From NCBI GenBank assembly GCA_016840465.1, contig JAEOSH010000002.1, forward strand, positions 30,001 through 62,000: DNA of 32,000 nt. Direction: 5' to 3'. Shown here piece after piece: positions 27,774-32,000 of the stretch (position 1 is the stretch's first letter; every line of letters starts with the position of its first letter). The position numbers and the translations under genes are program-made. The notes under the pieces are model-generated. The model did not search any database, had not been told where the DNA came from, and was given only the letters and a program-made list of their open reading frames with translations. The DNA is from Candidatus Baldrarchaeum yapensis (GTDB lineage: Archaea; Asgardarchaeota; Baldrarchaeia; Baldrarchaeales; Baldrarchaeaceae).

Positions 27774-28036
27774 ATTCCATCTCCTCTTCAGCTTCTTCCT
27801 CCCTGGCAGGCGGGAAACTGAACTTCAATACTTCATCTATCAACTCCACATGGCTCAATAACATTCTTCTACAACAATATCTTTTTAATCCTAAATCATC
27901 AAGGACTTTTTTCGGGTCTTCACCACTTTCAACTCTTTTCTTGAACTCTTCCCATTTATCAGCAATAACCTTACCACATGTAAAGCTTCCCGCCACCGAC
28001 GGAAATTCGTCGGTGGTATCGGACCGGGATTATCAT
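27766..28036 (-). CDS. rpoN: RNA polymerase subunit Rpo10 (RpoN), two exons: 28036-28018 and 27986-27766; 79 aa after splicing
   Basis: Exon 1 ATG ATA ATC CCG GTC CGA T (SD AGGGTGA) plus exon 2 GC TTT ACA TGT GGT AAG gives MIIPVRCFTCGK. It continues with [17 protein letters not shown] and ends in an acidic tail. Confidence 0.95.
27987..28017 (-). other. BHB-type mRNA intron in rpoN (31 nt)
   Basis: UCCG/CGGG central helix, bulges AU^A and AA^G, 9-bp intron stem CCACCGACG/CGUCGGUGG with loop AAUUUC, and a short 2-bp exon helix (G-C, G.U). Confidence 0.9.
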
Positions 28037-28191
28037 ATCAGAGTCACCCTAACACCGTCGATGCATCTGATTCACCTCGATATTCAGCATTGATGTTTTC
28101 AAAATTCCCTCTTTTAATCTTCCTTTTGAGTTCATGCATCTGGAATACTGATATCAGGTTCGGGAAATTAAATGAGCATGGTGGTGAGTTA

Positions 28192-28800
28192 ATGCAAAGG
28201 GATTTGAGAGCCATAGTTGCACGTGAGGCCGCGCGATTGCTATACTTTGGCGTTGTAGAAGAATATTATGCTGCAAAAAGGTTAGCTGCAGAAAATTTGG
28301 GAGTTAACGTTCTTCCAAGTAATAGAGAAATTGCACTTGCGTTGGACGAGTTTGCAGATTTGATAGAGGGAGAGGATAGAGCCAAGAGACTTGTCAAAAT
28401 GCGAGAAGACGCCCTAGAATTGATGTTAATCCTGAAGGATTATCGTCCAAGGCTGATAGGGAGTGTTTGGAGGGGGACCATTACCAGAAATAGTGACATT
28501 GATATTGAGGTTTTTTCGGAGAATGTGGATGACGTTGTAGAGACGCTGATCAAGAATGGCATAAAGGAAATAAGAGTGGAGGAGGTCAAGAAGCACACAG
28601 ATGATCTGAAGAGAGTATTTATTCATATAAAAACAAAATCTAGAAGGGGATTTGAAGTGGATATAGCCGTTAGGGATTCGAATGACCACGATAAATATGA
28701 AATTTGCGAAATATTTGGAGATCTTAAGAAAGGACTTTCTATAAAGGAGCTTAAAAGGGTTTTAAGGGAAAATCCTGTGCAGAAATTCGTCCCTATATGA
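28192..28800 (+). CDS. Predicted nucleotidyltransferase (Pol beta-like fold)
   Basis: LIGSVWRG...SDIDI motif and a later DIAV strand. ATG 28192 has a GGTGGTGAG SD; the ORF track starts at 28090. Confidence 0.8.
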   Translation: MQRDLRAIVAREAARLLYFGVVEEYYAAKRLAAENLGVNVLPSNREIALALDEFADLIEGEDRAKRLVKMREDALELMLILKDYRPRLIGSVWRGTITRNSDIDIEVFSENVDDVVETLIKNGIKEIRVEEVKKHTDDLKRVFIHIKTKSRRGFEVDIAVRDSNDHDKYEICEIFGDLKKGLSIKELKRVLRENPVQKFVPI

Positions 28801-28809
28801 GGGATTGAT

Positions 28810-30054
28810 ATGTTGGCGGTTGTACTCGCGGCGGGAGAAGGACAGCGCTTACGCCCACTCACCTTCTCGAGACCAAAGCACATGCTACCAGTGGCAGGAA
28901 AACCGCTATTGGAGCACATCATTAGATTTCTTGTTTCTGCAGGACTGAAACGAATAATTTTAGTTGTTAGCTATATGAAGGAAAAAATTCAAAACTTTTT
29001 TGGCGACGGAAGACGTTTTAATGCCAAAATAATGTACGCTTTCCAGGAGAAACCATTGGGAACCGCTCATGCTCTACTTACCGCCGCCGAATACGTAGAT
29101 TCTGACAAATTCCTCTTAATTTATGGAGATGTACTTACAAAAAATGACAACATCATAAATCTATTAAGATTTTACGAAAAAAGTTGTGCAGATGCTGTGA
29201 TTTCGACATATTATGTTCAGGACATCTCAAAATATGGGCTTTTGGAAATAAAAAATGGAAATGTAACAAATATTATCGAGAAACCAGAAAATAAGAGTTC
29301 CGGCTACATAAATGCTGGAATATACGTATTTAACTCTGCAATTTTGGATACTATAGAGAAAGTAAAACTTTCTGTTCGTGGCGAATACGAACTCACAGAC
29401 GCCATTCGGGAAATGATTACACGCGGTTATACGGTTAAAGCGTACGAGTTAAAAGATTGGTGGATTGATGTGGGGTATCCGTGGGATCTCCTGAGAGCAA
29501 ACGAGTTACTGATGCGTGATCTCCAGACTGATATAAGAGGGATTGTAGAGGAATATGCTGTAATAAAGGGTCCTGTTGTGGTGGGGAGGGATGCCGTTAT
29601 TAGGGCAGGAGCTTACATTGAGGGGCCTGTAATAATAGGAGAAGAGAGCGACATTGGGCCAAACTGTTACATACGCCCGTATACGTATATAGGGAGGCGA
29701 TGCCGAATAGGTAACGCGTGTGAGGTGAAAAACAGCATAATAATGGACGGAACACACATTGCTCATCTATCTTACGTGGGTGATAGCATAATTGGCGAGA
29801 ATGTGAATTTCGGTGCCGGCACAATAGTAGCAAATCTTAGATTTGACGATAAACCTGTGAAGGTTACTATTAAAGGTGAGAAAATTAGTAGCGGAAGAAG
29901 GAAACTTGGTGCGATAATTGGAGACAACGTAAAAACTGGTATCGGGTGCACAATAATGCCCGGAGTTACTGTAGGTCCAAACAGCATCCTTGGACCGAAC
30001 GCCCTAATATTACATGATGTCCCACCGAATACTGTTGTTAAGGATAAGTGGTAA
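28810..30054 (+). CDS. glmU: Archaeal GlmU-like bifunctional sugar-1-phosphate nucleotidylyltransferase/acetyltransferase
   Basis: LAAGEG.RLRPLT..RPK, GTAHA, EKP, RGEYELTD, followed by hexapeptide left-handed beta-helix repeats, HLSYVGDS and GAGTI.ANLRFD. Confidence 0.9.
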   Translation: MLAVVLAAGEGQRLRPLTFSRPKHMLPVAGKPLLEHIIRFLVSAGLKRIILVVSYMKEKIQNFFGDGRRFNAKIMYAFQEKPLGTAHALLTAAEYVDSDKFLLIYGDVLTKNDNIINLLRFYEKSCADAVISTYYVQDISKYGLLEIKNGNVTNIIEKPENKSSGYINAGIYVFNSAILDTIEKVKLSVRGEYELTDAIREMITRGYTVKAYELKDWWIDVGYPWDLLRANELLMRDLQTDIRGIVEEYAVIKGPVVVGRDAVIRAGAYIEGPVIIGEESDIGPNCYIRPYTYIGRRCRIGNACEVKNSIIMDGTHIAHLSYVGDSIIGENVNFGAGTIVANLRFDDKPVKVTIKGEKISSGRRKLGAIIGDNVKTGIGCTIMPGVTVGPNSILGPNALILHDVPPNTVVKDKW

Positions 30055-30123
30055 CTTTTCGAAAAACTTTACACATGAATGAGGGTTTGATATTCATAGA
30101 GAGTTGTCGTTGGGATGTGAAGA

Positions 30124-30642
30124 ATGTCCGGTCGCGATGAGAATTATGAGAGGAAAATTCGACGAGAAATAGACAAGATGCTTGCGAAGTTTGCGGGGAG
30201 GATGTTATCCAGAGCATATGATGCGATCTACCATAAATTGCTTAAAGCGATGCAGGATGGAGTGATAAAGGTTGATGAGTATGGTATAGAAATGGATCCA
30301 GAGACTTTTAGAAAGATTTTCCCCGCACTTGCAGAAGAGGTGTTCTCGGGAGTTGCTAAGTGTTCCATTTCTGGTGTTAGAAGTGAAGGAACGAGTTATG
30401 TCGATGAACTTAGAAATCCGGATGTGATAAGCTTTATAAGAAGGGCAAAGAGCGTAGATGAGGCCCTTGAAGTTATAGATTTTCTTGAAAAGCGTGGTGA
30501 AATTTCAAAAGAGTATGCTGATCGTTTACGGAAGCAGTTACGCGAAAAGGGATTAGAAAGTTTCGGTCCTCGAAAAGAACCTGGTTATTACATAAAGAGA
30601 TATTACAAACCACGTTTTTACGATTTTGAGGAGGAAGATTAA
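30124..30642 (+). CDS. DUF2095 family protein
   Basis: C-terminal NPDVISFIRRA..VDEALEVIDFLEKRGEISKEYA..LR..L..KG..SFG. Confidence 0.78.
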   Translation: MSGRDENYERKIRREIDKMLAKFAGRMLSRAYDAIYHKLLKAMQDGVIKVDEYGIEMDPETFRKIFPALAEEVFSGVAKCSISGVRSEGTSYVDELRNPDVISFIRRAKSVDEALEVIDFLEKRGEISKEYADRLRKQLREKGLESFGPRKEPGYYIKRYYKPRFYDFEEED

Positions 30643-30664
30643 AAGATAGTTGCTGGTGAGATGC

Positions 30665-32000
30665 ATGAAGGAGATTCTCATTTCATTGCTAATATCTTTG
30701 TTACCACTATTTGTAGCGCTCACTTTAATGATATGTTTAAAGAAGGCTAAGAGGTCAGAACTTTTAGTGCGCATATGCGCAGCATTTGTTATTTTTTGGA
30801 CAATTTACTGTGTTTTTTCGGCAATGTTCTTTATGTTAATGGGAAGAGAGCCCGAAGTACTAATTACTAGGACAACATTCGATTGGAATGCCGTGTTGTT
30901 GATGTTATCATTGCTGTTAGCCGAGGCTACACATGCCTTCATTGTTGCGGTCGTGTATTATCCGCTCTTCCTTTATCCGTTAATTTACGTTTTAGCGCCG
31001 ATAATTTCCGTCTTAATACTGTGTATTAATGTGGGCACATCACGATTGAAAGAAGTAGATACGTGGATCGACATAAAGTCTTATGAGAGGATGAATTGGA
31101 AGGAAGAAGTGGAATTTCTGAAATTGTCAATTGTAAGCCTTCCAGTATCATTGTACTTCCTAGTAACGATACTGAGACTATTCGGATATGAAGAGAACCC
31201 AATGGCCGTGGGAACTACGGCTCTTGGCTGGATAATTGAAGTGTTCGTAGTAACGCTACTGGCGTTTATTCTCGGAGCGCATATTTTGTATGCGGCAAGA
31301 GTCTATCATCAAGGAGTCTTCTTAGGGGAGGTTTTGAAGGGTAGAATCTTTCGAGGCTTCCTTGTGGTCGGGCTAATAATGTCCATAATGAGCATCTTGA
31401 CGTTTTTGCAGGCACACCCGATCGCCATTTACACGATACTCTACTTTTCCGCATACTACATTATGGTTGTAGGAATATTTCTTCTCTTTTTTAGATTCTT
31501 TGAACCGATCTCGGTCTACATATTTGTGAAATTGATTGCTTTCCTGAAGTCACCACGAGAGCTTAGAATTTCCCCCATCTCTATTGTGATAAGCGTAATG
31601 TGTGCTGTAGTTGCTGTTAGCGTGACATTGCTTTTCATGCGAACATTCCTTATCACTGTTCAACAACCGTTGACATACAGAATATCAGAAGACATTTCTA
31701 AATGCTTGATACGGCAGGTTGCAACGTATAACTCCATATTGAATGTTTGTGCAGTACTAACAATGTCTGCTGTGCAAACTCTCCTAGCTATAGTAGTACT
31801 CTCAGCTACCGCGTTTGTCACGAAGAAGGCCCTCCTGGGACGCGGAATAATCGTTCCGGCAATCTTTACTGGAATCGCCAAGGTTTTCACGGATATCATT
31901 CTTGTCAAGATAGAAAGATCCCTATTCTGGGAAGTGTTTGTATTCTCTGCATTCAAGATCTCTAATGTGATGATCTTTTTGCCACGTTCTGCATTCCTGA
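30665..32000 (+). CDS. Uncharacterised polytopic membrane protein, partial (runs off the right edge)
   Basis: Not in the ORF track; hand-translated stop-free frame of 445 codons from ATG 30665 (SD GGTGAG), MKEILISLLISLLPLFVAL..., with roughly a dozen hydrophobic segments by eye. Confidence 0.85.
   Translation, partial: MKEILISLLISLLPLFVALTLMICLKKAKRSELLVRICAAFVIFWTIYCVFSAMFFMLMGREPEVLITRTTFDWNAVLLMLSLLLAEATHAFIVAVVYYPLFLYPLIYVLAPIISVLILCINVGTSRLKEVDTWIDIKSYERMNWKEEVEFLKLSIVSLPVSLYFLVTILRLFGYEENPMAVGTTALGWIIEVFVVTLLAFILGAHILYAARVYHQGVFLGEVLKGRIFRGFLVVGLIMSIMSILTFLQAHPIAIYTILYFSAYYIMVVGIFLLFFRFFEPISVYIFVKLIAFLKSPRELRISPISIVISVMCAVVAVSVTLLFMRTFLITVQQPLTYRISEDISKCLIRQVATYNSILNVCAVLTMSAVQTLLAIVVLSATAFVTKKALLGRGIIVPAIFTGIAKVFTDIILVKIERSLFWEVFVFSAFKISNVMIFLPRSAFL

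Noticed and set aside
27766-27996. GTG-start 76-aa RpoN (MAGSFTCGK)
   Set aside because: The start lies inside the intron stem and loses the conserved IPVRC with its first Zn ligand.
27987-28017. The infB and rpoN hairpins as transcription terminators or MITE-like insertions
   Set aside because: No U-tract follows and no target-site duplication is seen; both pair with flanking exon sequence in BHB register.
1-32000. CRISPR arrays, IS elements, rRNA genes, tandem repeats
   Set aside because: None detected by reading; nearly all sequence is accounted for by genes and short intergenic gaps.

Overview
Archaeal core-genome window (TACK- or Asgard-like thermophile by inference; lineage not determinable from sequence alone). 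It is densely coding, with no CRISPR array or recognisable mobile element. The left part holds a partial family-B DNA polymerase, an intron-containing tRNA-Gln(TTG), a ribophorin I-like membrane protein head-to-head with a Vps29-like phosphoesterase, an HhH-MutS ATPase, and repair, RNA-processing and flavin genes. The right part is the conserved archaeal information-processing superoperon rpoN-rps2-IPK-rpl7ae-rps28e-rpl24e-ndk-aIF5B-rps6e-aIF2g-PIN-rpoE1-spt4-DPCK-rps24e. Main result: two essential protein-coding genes look broken in the ORF track but are each interrupted by a tiny intron that folds into a bulge-helix-bulge (BHB) splice motif. These are aIF5B/infB (30 nt, 24628-24657, immediately before the switch-I Thr codon) and rpoN (31 nt, 27987-28017, inside the first Zn-ligand Cys codon). 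Cutting at the canonical BHB positions restores REAGGI/TQHIG and MIIPVR/C/FTCGK exactly. This points to tRNA-endonuclease-type mRNA splicing beyond the known cbf5 case. Secondary observations are a wHTH-FAD synthase fusion, an inverted rps27ae with no kae1 in the window, and a possible L7Ae K-loop leader.
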